From NCBI GenBank assembly GCA_030141605.1, contig JAQGDQ010001012.1:6633-70632 (forward strand): a stretch of DNA of 64,000 bases, read 5' to 3'. The DNA comes from Tubiluchus corallicola (Eukaryota > Animalia > Priapulida). Below, one piece after another: positions 51,897 to 64,000 of the stretch. The translations under genes and the position numbers were made by a program. Each line of letters opens with the position of its first letter. Positions within the stretch are counted from its first letter, which is position 1. Below the pieces are notes generated by a model. That model saw nothing but the letters and a program-made list of their open reading frames with translations, was not told where the DNA came from and ran no database searches.

Positions 51897-52150
51897 GTGC
51901 GTCTTTAATTGAACTTCTTGTTTGAAAGTTTTGCTTCACTGCAGTGGAAGACTTGCAGTTTACAAAAAATGTCTAGTTGTAGTTGTTGTTTTTATCATTG
52001 CTGTTTTTTGGCTTAAAAGTAGAGTTTTTGTTGAGTTTTCAAATCATTAGCAACTTTTTCTTTTAGCTTGTTACATGATAAATACTCCAAATTTAAGTAT
52101 TTTATACCTAATGTGGCAATGGAGTTTGAATATTCAAATTTTTTTTGCAG

Positions 52151-52229
52151 CTTCTTCACTCAATGCTAGTGAAGAGGTGATTGACAATGATTTGATTTGG
52201 GCAAAGCTGATTAGCTCCAGAAGTGCTGG
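52151..52229 (+). CDS. CAPN15: Calpain-15 CysPc exon
   Basis: SSLNASEEVIDNDLIWAKLISSRSAG; tttgcAG/GTaagt; phase 1/2. The next expected exon (FLMGASC..) was not found in the window. Confidence 0.92.
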
Positions 52230-52354
52230 GTAAGTTTTGAAGTTTAGCAAATTCTTAAAACTTACTGTCATGAAGAGAAGACAGAGCTACATACTTGTTC
52301 GTTTAATTTATGTTAGCTGTTAAATGCAAAATATCATAAATTTGTGATAAACTT

Positions 52355-53296
52355 CCTTTGTCGAAGCAAGTTTTGTACTATTCTTGGTTGTTTGGTAGTA
52401 AACACTTTCTTCCTTACTGCATTGGTATGGATCATTCTCCTGTAGTTTGTCACTTGTCCTGTCGTGTGAGAATGACATCTGTCAATCAAAGATCATAAAG
52501 GCATGAAATTTCCCACAATACACATTTAAACCAAATGGATCGCTATCAGATGGGTGATCACCTGGACTTTGGATGACCTTCAACACTGTAATTATATTAG
52601 GGGGCGTGAGCCATATGCCTCTATCATGACTGTTATCATTTGTTATAAATTTTGAAATATATTGAAGAATACCTAAACATCTTTAGGCTGTAGTTCCTAA
52701 CATGACTTGAATACCTTTTATAGGTTGAGGCCAAGGTCCTATTGATATTCAATGAGTTTACCATTTTAGGAAAGAAGCATATGTGTATTATCATAATATT
52801 TTTATCTGGTGTCATTTTGGATAATTTTGTGACCTTAAATTGGTGGACAGACCAAAAATTGTCCTCATGATACTTTTGGCTAATAAAATAATTTCAACAC
52901 AACATTTATTTCTCACTACATTCCCCTGAACTTGCACACAAACCAGCCTATTTGAGTTGTGCCTGGTGCAGGATGTCTTGTAACTGCAACCTGAGTTCGT
53001 AGCAAGACTGAGCTGGCCGAGGAAGTGTGGATCACAGCAATGTCCATCTGCCTTCTTTCCTTATCCAGCTGAATTCTCCTACATCTGGCAGTTGCTGTAC
53101 AAGATTGATAAAACAGATCCAAGGGTACCTGGCATGCTTAGTATGTTCCTGTTGGGCTGCCTTTGTCGAAGGAAGTTTTGTACTATTCTTGGTTGTTTTG
53201 TAGTAAACATTTTCTTCCTTACTGCATTGGTACGGATCATTCTCCTGTCATTTGTCACTTGTCCTGTCGTATGAGATTGACATCTGTCAATCAAAG
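52355..53296. repeat. Dispersed direct repeat, ~137 bp (52355-52491 and 53160-53296)
   Basis: CCTTTGTCGAAG.AAGTTTTGTACTATTCTTGGTTG...CATCTGTCAATCAAAGA present twice with few differences. Confidence 0.85.
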
Positions 53297-54312
53297 ACTT
53301 CTTTGTTAGAATGTTATGCATACTGCTCAGCTTCTCAAGGGTCTCGGTAACCTTGGAGTGGAATCACAGCATCTTTACAATAAGCTGTTTATGGTATCAA
53401 ATTGTTAGCTGATATATCTGCCACCGACATGTCACACTAGCTAGTAGCAACTTAGTTGATTAAATTTGTTGATCTTACTGAATTTTACCATTCTTCAGTC
53501 AGTCATCATACATCATAACACCATACAACCTGACTGCTTGATATCAATCCTCAACATTACCTTCCACCATTGACCAATAATGCATGTATTTTGCAAGTAG
53601 TGTTCCTTTTACACAAGAATGTAAACAATCAGCCAAGTAAGCTGGATAAAATCCATGTAGTACTTTAAAGTTTAAAACTAATATTCTAAAAATACACAGA
53701 CATGTAATTGCTAGCCAACGAAGATTATGCAAAGCTTTTGTTACACTATCAGTATTTTGTAATGACTATTGAAACATTACTTTATATGAAAATGTATTAT
53801 TGCATATATTGGCATTGATTTTCTAATCACTACAGCAGTGTGAAAGAGTCATCCACCCTCTTTTGTCTGATTGCAGTATTTAACGATTGGTTACGGGCAG
53901 CGGATGCTAACAGTATGATTTGAAATAATGTTTCTTAATTGCAACATTATCCATAAATCAATAGTTATTCAATTACTGGTTGATAATAATTTGCTTGGTT
54001 GCCTCCTTTTTAAATGAGTGTTGGCAAAGGGTCAAACATAGGGGCAAAGTTCCTGAATTGCTTCATGTTAAAGGGTCTGTTCCTCAAGGGTCGTTATTGG
54101 GGCTCCTTTTATTTATTATTTACCTGCATGATCTGAAATCATGAAATCTGAAATACCCTGTAGAGATAATGCCATACAGAGTACTACAGATAAGTCTACC
54201 ATTCTGACAACATTTACCAGTGTTGAACAGTGTTTAAGTTTTTAAATTTAGGTTTAATTTATTTGTTATAATTGAACATCTGTAATCCGGGAAACTGTGA
54301 CAAAAATAGATA

Positions 54313-55777
54313 CAGTAGGCACTGCTCAATAGACTCACGGTTAATAGACTCAATCGCTTAATTGACTCAAAAACGCCTAGTACGGGCTGCTTCTATTCTA
54401 ATGTACCGTATTTTCCCGTGTATAAGAGACCCTTTTTTGCTCAGAATTTTCACTTTAAAAATAGGGGGTCTCTTATACATGGGAGTAAGTCTTTTCAATA
54501 AGATGCATAAATTGTGACACTAATGATTTTAAAGAAATAAGTGCTCTACAACTGTTTTATTTCGAATAATTATAGTTTCCTTTCAATAAATCTTCTCCAT
54601 GGCTAAATTCTAATGATAAAATTAATGTACCGGGTAAGTTATTATTTTTTTAAATGTCAAAAGAGGACAATGCCATTTTTGAGCAGAGTGACTCCTCTGA
54701 TGATGAACTGGCTGGAATTGCTGAAGGTCTGACTCCAGTTGATATTTTTGATGAGAGTGATGAGGAATTTAATGATTTCTATGATGAATAAAGTTATTCA
54801 TTACCAAAAAACTTTTTTCCAGAATTTTTGCCTAAAAATTGAAGGGGTCTCTTATACACAAGGGTCTCTTATACATGGGAAAATACGGTACATAAAATTG
54901 TCGGTAATTGACTCAAATAACTCCGCATAATTGACTCAATATTTTTGCTTCACATGCTGCAATAAGACACTTTCGTGTGACTAATAAGCTTTTGTGACTT
55001 TTATATCATCATGGTTCGCTTTTGTCCTATAATATGAGAAATAATCATGTTAAGTACCGTATTATTTGTAAGCTGGAACGTTTATCATACGGGCTTATAT
55101 GCTAGCCTAATGTTTCCTTTGACTCGCCTGTCCACTGCAATTAACCTCATTACCCAAGAATTCCTGGAAGCTAAATATTTATTCACTTGTGTAGCGGTTT
55201 GCTTTTGAAGCTGTGGCTGTCTTTGCTAGAAAGTTTAATAAGCTAAATGTTGCTGTAATGCCAGGGATGCACTACAGCACAGTACAGTAAGTACGTCACA
55301 ATTATGACAAGTGGGAACTTAGGTGAAGCTACAGACGAAACTACTTGCGGGGAAACGCGGGCACCACCAGCAGTTTAAGCACGCCAAACACTAAGTATTT
55401 TACGAGAATTTGTGCATCAAACAACAACAGATTTTCAACGTTTTTATTATTATGATAACTTTGTGAGTCAACTTCTTCGCGACAAAATGGCACAGCTGAC
55501 TTTGAAGGAATTTTTGCAAATAAACAGACTTATGTGATTTAGAAAAGTATACATTTTAATTTATTGCTAATTCACTTATATAAATTAATATTTTTAACTG
55601 CACAAAGGCATTTAGGCATTACTTCATTTTTGAAATTCATTAAAAACCTTTGCAGTGCATAGTAAGCTAATGGCTCATATTTCTATACCTGTAATACTAC
55701 ACCCATCGGTTAATAGGTTCAGTCAGTTAATTGGGTAAAAACACGTCGGTCCTAAAGTGAGTCTATTAAGCAGCGCC

Positions 55778-55782
<5 letters not shown>
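54313..55782. mobile_element. Non-autonomous Tc1/pogo-type element
   Basis: TA + CAGTAGGCACTGCTCAATAGACTCAC ... GTGAGTCTATTAAGCAGCGCCTACTA + (TA)n; subterminal AATTGACTCAA repeats. Confidence 0.82.
54406..54888. mobile_element. pogo/Tc2-like MITE (483 bp) nested in the previous element
   Basis: TIR CCGTATTTTCCCGTGTATAAGAGACCC / GGGTCTCTTATACATGGGAAAATACGG; TA TSD; extra GGGTCTCTTATACA copies inside. Confidence 0.92.
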
Positions 55783-55808
<26 letters not shown>

Positions 55809-56712
55809 CGTATATATGATAAAGTAACTAATAAGAATTAATAACAAATTAAACTGAGGAGACCTTGGCATGGCAATACCACCGCATTTCGTTAAGGCCA
55901 CCTCGTAAGAAAAAAAGGAAAAGCAAAAGGGTCGGATATGAAAATGGGAAGGAAAAGAGAAATGATAATGGAAAGGCAAAGGATAATCGATGAGAAGCAA
56001 TGCTACATGGACAAAGACGCACCCTATAGCTAATAGAATTTCAAGTTATCAATGCGGAGCAATGTGTTACTCTACATCCTATACAGATCAACTATGTAGC
56101 AATTTGTAAGTCGACATGTGTTGGTGTACATGTTAATGCAATGCAGCTTACAGTATTTTTTATAAGCCTGATAGTTATGAGTAATAGCCTTGTCAGTAAC
56201 ACAGTGTCATGTATCACTAACAATTCTATAAATTACGTGTTTTAACGAACATAAACCTGGGGCCAAATTAAGTTTCTGTTCTTGGGATTTCAATCGTGAA
56301 AGTCTTGCCCCTGTAAACATTCAGGGTAGTAAAATAATATGAATGTAAAGAATTACTGCAGTTAAAAAAGATGCAGATCCAGTAGATGTAAATCCGGTAA
56401 TTTTAACCTTTGAAATTCTTTCAAAACTGGTTTTGTATGTGCAAGATGCAGCCCATGAGCTAAAATTCTGATTGCTCTTTTTTGTAATTTAAATATATAC
56501 GATTACTGTCACAACTAAAATTTTTGCCCCAATTTAACAACTGAAAATTAATACGTAACATAGCTAACGTGTGATATAAAGTGAGAATTACATGTTGGGG
56601 GAAGTCTTGAGTTTATTCATGACTCCAATGGAATGTGTGTTTTAGCAGCAAGAGACTGAATGTGATCCGCCCACAAAAGAGTCATTTATAATTAAGCCTT
56701 ATAATTATATTA

Positions 56713-59700
56713 CTAGCAAAGGCCCCGCAAAAGATTTTGCGTAAAAAACCACGTATAATCAATAACACGCGAACATCCTACACAGTCCTCATGTATAACG
56801 CAAAGCCCGTAACATCCTGCCCTACTTACCTAACGCAAAACCTGTACTCGTGCCTACTGTATGTTTAACTAACGCAAAGCAGCTTTTTGCTGAATTAAAG
56901 CTATAAGCAATAATGGATGACGTCAGCACAATGGAATTCGTCACAACAGTTTTCTAAGCGAAAATCGCCGAAAATGGAACCTCTAACTAACTCGTCGGTA
57001 CTTCTCTCGGTGGACCTGCCCTAAAATATAGCCCACACCATCGTGTAGCCCCGTTCTTCCTCTTTCTAAAGAGCCGTATATCTCCTTCCGAGAGTCCCAC
57101 CGGGCGACGCTAGAACGTTTTTCCCTCAGGCTGTTTGGCCAAAATTTCGAAAAAATCGCGAGTTGGGTCCGGGAAAACGCCCGTTACGGGACGCCGTGGC
57201 CCTCTCGGGAATTCTAAATATGCCTACTACACCTACCGCTGAACGGGCTATCTATCCATACCCAGCACCACCCTCGGCCCGTTCCCGTTCTCTACATCTC
57301 AGCCGTATAACTTTTGCAAAAAACGGCCGAAAAAGGGCCATTTTTGGAGGTTTTTCGCCTCCCCCTTCTCCCGGTGGGCCCCATTCGAAAAATAAACCAT
57401 CAATGGCACGACACTAGATCGAGACCTTTCGTTTGATATATAGATCGCCGCAAATGGTGCCCTCGTCCGGGCTGTAGCCTCGAATCTTGTATATATATAT
57501 AAATAAATAAATAAATATATATATATATATATATACCAAGAATATTAATATAAGAGACTAGCCAAACCCCACAAAAAGAATTTTGTGCACAAATCAACAC
57601 AAAACCCACACCACACCACTCCACCTCATCACACCACACTGCACCACACCATACCACTCCACCACATCACACCGCACAGCACCACACCATAACACCACAC
57701 TGCACCACACCACCCACCCACCTACACACCACACCACCCACACCACACCATACCACCTACACACCACACCACCCACACCATACCACTCCACCACATCACA
57801 CCACACTGCACCACACCATACCACTGCACCACCCACACACCACACCACACCACCCACACCATAATACTCCACCACATCACACCGCACAGCACCACACCAT
57901 AACACCACACTGCACCACACCACACAGCACCACACCATAACACCACACTGCACCACACCACCCACCCACCTACACACCACACCGCACCACACCATACCGC
58001 TGCAGCACACCGCACCACCCACACACCACGCCACCCACACCATACGACTCCACCACATCACACCACACTGCACCACACCATACCACTGCACCGCACCACC
58101 CACACACCACACCACACCACCCACACCATAATACTCCACCACATCACACCGCACAGCACCACACCATAACACCACACTGCACCACACCACCCACCCACTA
58201 CACACCACACCACCCACACCATACCACTCCACCACATCACACCACACCGCACCACAACATACCACTGCAGCACACCGCACGACCCACATACCACACCACA
58301 CCAACCACACCATACCACTGCACCACACCACACCGCACCACCCACACACCACACCACCCACACCATAATACTCCACCACATCACACCGCACTGCACCACA
58401 CCATAACACCACACCGCACCACAAACACCCACCCACACACCACGCCACCCACTCCATACCACACTACCCACACCACACCCCACACACCCTATCACCCCAC
58501 CACACCATCCATAGCACAACACACAAAGCACACCACCACCACACCACATCAAATCCACCACCTCACGTGGTGATCATGATGTTGATGATGATGATGATGA
58601 TGGTGGCAACGATGACAACACCTATAGCACAAGCACCAACAGCACAGCATTACAACAAAACCATTCCAAACATTTTTCACAAAGTTGAAACTATGTGCTA
58701 TAATATAATAAATAGCAAAGGCCCCGCAAAAGATTGCGTATAAATACACGTGTAATCAATAATACGCGAACATCCTACCTAGTCCACATTTATAACACAA
58801 AGCCCGTAACATCGTGTCTACTGTTTGTTTACTTTGCCTGTAGCAGCTTTTTGCTGAATTAAAGCTATAAGATTATAGACAGAATACAATGGATGACGTC
58901 ACAACAATGCCTTTGCGTCAGCAGTTTTCTAAGCGAAAATCGCCGAAAATAGAACTCCTAACTAACTCGTCGGTACTCCTCTCGGTGGACCTGCCCTAAC
59001 ATATAGCCCACATCATCGTGTAGCCCTGTCCTTCCTCTTTGTAAAGAGCTATATATCTCCTTCCGAGAGTCCCACCGGGCGCCGCTAGAACGTTTTTCCC
59101 GCATGCTGTTTGGTCAAAATTTCGAAAAAATCGCGAGTTGGGTCCGGGAAAACGCCCGTTGCGGGGCGCCGTGGCCCTCTCGGGAATTCTAAATAGGCCT
59201 ACTACACCCACCGCTGAACGGGCTATCTATCCATACCCAGCACCCCCCTCGGCCCGTTCCCGTTCTCTACATCTCAGCCGTATAACTTTTGCAAAAAACG
59301 GCCGAAAAATGGCCATTTTTGGAGGTTTTTCGCCCCCCGTTCCTCCCGGTGGGCCCGATTCGAAAAATAAACCATCAATGGCACGACACTAGATCGAGAC
59401 CTTTCGTTTGATATACAGATCGCCGCAAATGGTGCCCTCGTCGAAGCTGTAGCCTCGAATCTTATATATATATACCAAGAATATTAATATAACTAGCCAA
59501 ACCCCACAAAAAGAATTTTGTGCACAAATCAACACAAAACACACACCACACCACTCCACCTCATCACACCACACCATACCACTCCACCACATCACACCGC
59601 ACAGCACCACACCATAACACCACACTGCACCACACCACCCACCCACCTACACACCACACCACCCACACCATACCACTCCACCACACCGCACCACACCATA

Positions 59701-62700
59701 CCACCTACACACCACACCACCCACACCATACCACTCCACCACCTCACACCACACTGCACCACACCATACCACTGCACCACCCACACACCACACCACCCAC
59801 ACCATAATACTTCACCACATCACACCGCACAGCACCACACCATAACACCTCACCGCACAGCACCACACCATAACACCACACTGCACCACACCACCCACCC
59901 ACCTACACACCACACTGCACCACACCATACCGCTGCAGCACACCGCACCACCCACACACCACACCACACCACCCACACCATACGACTCCACCACATCACA
60001 CCACACTGCACCACACCATACCACTGCACCACACACACCACAACACACCACCCACACCATAATACTCCACCACATCACACTGCACAGCACCACACCATAA
60101 CACCACACTGCACCACACCACCCACCCACCTACACACCACACCACCCACACCATACCACTCCACCACATCACACCCCACCGCACCACAACATACCACTGC
60201 AGCACACCGCACGACCCACATACCACACCACACCAACCACACCATACGACTCCACCACATCACACCACACTGCACCACACCATACCACTGCACCACACCA
60301 CACCACACCACCCACACCATAATACTCCACCACATCACACCGCACTGCACCACACCATAACACCACACTGCACCACACACCCACCCACACACCACGCCAC
60401 CCACTCCATACCACACTACCCACACCACACCCCACACACCCTATCACCCCACCACACCACCCATAGCACAACACACAAAGCACACCACCACCACACCACA
60501 TCAAATCCACCACCTCACGTGGTGATCATGATGTTGATGATGATGATGATGATGATGGTGGCAACGATGACAACACCTATAGCACAAGCACCAACAGCAC
60601 AGCATTACAACAAAACCATTCCAAACATTTTTCACAAAGTTGAAACTATGTGCTATAATATAATAAATAGCAAAGGCCCCGCAAAAGATTTTGCGTATAA
60701 ATACACGTGTAATCAATAATACGCGAACATCCTACCTAGTCCACATTTATAACACAAAGCCCGTAACATCGTGCCTACTGTTTGTTTAACTAACGCAAAG
60801 CCTGTAGCTTTTTGCTCAATTAAAGTTATAAGATTATAGACAGAGTACAATGGATGACGTCACAACAATGCCTTTGCGTCAGCAGTTTTCTAAGTGAAAA
60901 TTGCCGAAAATAGAACTCCTAACTAACTCGTTGATACTCCTCTCGGTGGACCTGCCCTAAAATATATCCCACATCATCGTGTAGCCCTGTCCTTCCTCTT
61001 TGTAAAGAGCTATATATCTCCTTCCGAGAGTACCACCAGGCGCCGCTAGAACGTTTTTCCCGCATGCTGTTTGGTCAAAATTTCGAAAAAATCGCGAGTT
61101 GGGTCCGGGAAAACGCCCGTTGCGGGGCGCCCTGGCCCTCTCGGGAATTCTAAATATGCCTACTACACCCACCGCTGAACGGGCTATCTATCCATACCCA
61201 GCACCCCCCTCGGCCCGTTCCCGTTCTCTACATCTCAGCCGTATAACTTTTACAAAAAACGGCCAAAAAAGGGCCATTTTTGGGGGTTTTTCGCCTCCCC
61301 CTCCTCCCGGTGGGCCCGATTCGAAAAATAAACCATCAATGGCACGACACTAGATCGAGACCTTTCGTTTGATATATAGATCGCCGCAAATGGTGCCCTC
61401 GTCGAAGCTGTAGCCTCGAATCTTATATATATATATATTAAGATACCAAGAATATTAATATAATAGTAGATAGACTAGCCAAACCCCACAAAAAGAATTT
61501 TGTGCACAAATCAACACAAAACCCACACCACACCACTCCATCTCATCACACCACACTGCACCACACCATAACACTCCACCTCATCGCACCACACTGCACC
61601 ACACAATACCACCACACCGCACCGCACCACACCACACCATACCACCTACACACCACACCACCCACACCATACCACTTCACCACATCACACCACACTGCAC
61701 CACACCATACCACTGCACCACCCACACACCACACCACTCACACCATAATACTCCACCACATCACACCACACAGCACCATACCATAACACCACACTGCACC
61801 ACACCACCCACACCATACCACTCCACCACATCACACCACACTGCACCACACCATACCACTGCAGCACACCGCACCACCCACACACCACACCACACCACCC
61901 ACACCATACGACTCCACCACATCACACCACACTGCACCACACCATACCACTGCACCGCACCACCCACACACCACACCACACCACCCACACCATAATACTC
62001 CACCACATCACACCACACTGCACCCACCCACACACCACGCCACCCACTCCGTACCACACTACCCACACCACACCCCACACACCCTATCACCCCACCACAC
62101 CATCCATAGCACAACACACAAAGCACACCACCACCACACCACATCAAATCCACCACCTCACGTGGTGATCATGATGTTGATGATGATGATGATGGTGGCA
62201 ACGATGACGACACATATAGCACAAGCACCAATAGCACAGCATTACAACAAAACCATTCCAAACATTTTTCACAAATTTGAAACTATGTGCTATAATATAA
62301 TAAATAGCAAAAGATTTTGCGTATAAATACACGTGTAATCAATAATACGCGAACATCCTACCTAGTCCTCATTTATAACACAAAGCCCGTAACATCATGT
62401 CTACTCTTTGTTTAACTAACGCAAAGCCTGTAGCAGCTTTTTGCTGAATTAAAGTTATAAGATTATAGACAGAGTACAATGGATGACGTCACAACAATGG
62501 CTTTGCGTCAGCAGTTTTCTAAGCGAAAATTGCCGAAAATAGAACTCCTAACTAACTCGTTGATACTCCTCTCGGTGGACCTGCCCTAACATATAGCCCA
62601 CATCATCGTGTAGCCCTGTCCTTCCTCTTTCTGATGAGCTATATATCTCCTTCCCAGAGTCCCACCGGGCGCCGCTAGAACGTTTTTCCCGCATGCTGTT

Positions 62701-64000
62701 TGGTCAAAATTTCGAAAAAATCGCGAGTTGGGTCCGGGAAAACGCCCGTTGCGGGGCGCCCTGGCCCTCTCGGGAATTCTAAATAGGCCTACTACACCCA
62801 CCGCTGAACGGGCTATCTATCCATACCCAGCACCCCCCTCGGCCCGTTCCCGTTCTCTACATCTCAGCCGTATAACTTTTGCAAAAAACGGCCGAAAAAG
62901 GGCCATTTTTGGAGGTTTTTCGCCCCCCGTTCCTCCCGGTGGGCCCAATTCGAAAAATAAACCATCAATGGCACGACACTAGATCGAGACCTTTCGTTTG
63001 ATGTATAGATCGCCGCAAATGGTGCCCTCGTCCGGGCTGTAGCCTCGAATCTTATATATATATATATATATATATTAAGATACCAAGAATATTAATATAA
63101 CTAGCAAAGGCCCCGCAAAACATTTTGCGTAAAAAACCACGTATAAGCAATAACACGCGAACATCCTACACAGTCCTCATTTATAACACAAAGCCCGTAA
63201 AGTCCGTAACATCCTGCCTACTTACCTAACGCAAAGCCAGCAGCGTTTACTCCTGCCTACTGTATGTTGCAAAGCAGCTTTTTGCTGAATTAAAGTTATA
63301 GACACAATGGATGACGTCAGCACAATGGAATGCGTCTGCCTTTGCGTCAGCAATTTTCTAAGGCGAAAATTGTCGATAATAGAACATCTTATTAACTCGT
63401 TGATACCCCTCTCGGTGGACCTGCACTAAAGTATAACCTACATCATCGTGTAGCCCTGTCCTTCCTCTTTGTAAAGAGCCGTATATCTCCTTCCGAGAGT
63501 CCCACCGGGCGACGCTAGAACGTTTTTTCTGCAGGCTGTTTGGTCAAAATTTCGAAAAAATCGCGAGTTGGGTCCGGGAAAACGCCCGTTGCGGGGCGCC
63601 CTGGCCCTCTCGCGAATTCTAAATATGCCTACTACACCCACCGCTGAACCGGCTATCTATCCATACCCAGGACCACCCTCGGCCCGTTCCCGTTCTCTAC
63701 ATCTCAGCCGTATAACTTTTGCAATTTTTTGCAAAAAACGGTCGAAAAAGGGGCATTTTTGGAGGTTTTTCGCCTCCCCCTCCTCCCGGTGGGCCCGATT
63801 CGAAAAATAAACCATCAATGGCACGACACTAGATCGAGACCTTTCGTTTGATATATAGATCGCCGCAAATGGTGCTCTCGTCGAAGCTGTAGCCTCGAAT
63901 CTTGTATATATATATAAATAAATAAATAAATATATATATATATATATATACCAAGAATATTAATATAAGAGACTAGCCAAACCCCACAAAAACAATTAAC
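56713..64000 (-). mobile_element. Tandem array of non-autonomous Helitron-like units (module A ~0.77 kb x5; module B with CAC-rich minisatellite x3, plus start of a fourth)
   Basis: A starts (+ coordinates) at 56713, 58712, 60667, 62304 and 63101; B at 57558, 59493, 61475 and 63973. - strand ends are hairpin + ~9 nt + CTAG|T; heads are (TC)..(TA)n. No TIR or TSD. Confidence 0.8.
57600..58560. repeat. (CACAC/CAC)n compound minisatellite, copy 1 (others ~59535-60510 and ~61520-62155)
   Basis: Recurrent subunits CACCACATCACACC, CACTGCACCACACC, CATACCACTC; total length differs between copies. Confidence 0.95.

Noticed and set aside
57583-62332. His/Thr/Pro-rich and Trp/Cys/Gly/Val-rich ORFs
   Set aside because: Translations of the CAC minisatellite; frame and length vary between copies.
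57163-63810. Repeated 84-aa 'MGPGKRPL' ORF in each A module
   Set aside because: Non-ATG (TTG) start, frameshifted in copy 5, no recognisable domain; conservation reflects repeat identity.
56713-64000. CRISPR array, rDNA spacer or tRNA/5S cluster interpretation
   Set aside because: No short repeats with unique spacers, no cas genes, and no recognisable rRNA/tRNA sequence; eukaryotic intron context.

Overview
AT-rich, intron- and transposon-rich animal genomic DNA, probably an invertebrate bilaterian; no prokaryotic operons, CRISPR or rRNA/tRNA seen. Two host genes lie on the + strand. The first is the 3' part of a Gab/Daughter-of-sevenless docking protein (5 phase-compatible exons, 1392-14158). 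The second is the 5' part of calpain-15/Small optic lobes (6 coding exons, 38473-52229, continuing beyond the window). The rest is layered mobile DNA: a full-length pogo/Tigger element, two decayed Ty3/Gypsy elements, hAT, pogo and PIF MITEs, CR1-, I- and RTE-type LINEs, a solo LTR and a foldback-like element. Two things stand out. (1) A very young, structurally complete 4.65-kb LTR element that encodes only a Gag (27289-31938). (2) A tandem array of non-autonomous Helitron-like units (56713-64000) in which loss of the terminal CTAG coincides exactly with an extra ~0.8-1.2-kb module carrying a second terminator. All calls come from manual reading; no database searches were run.
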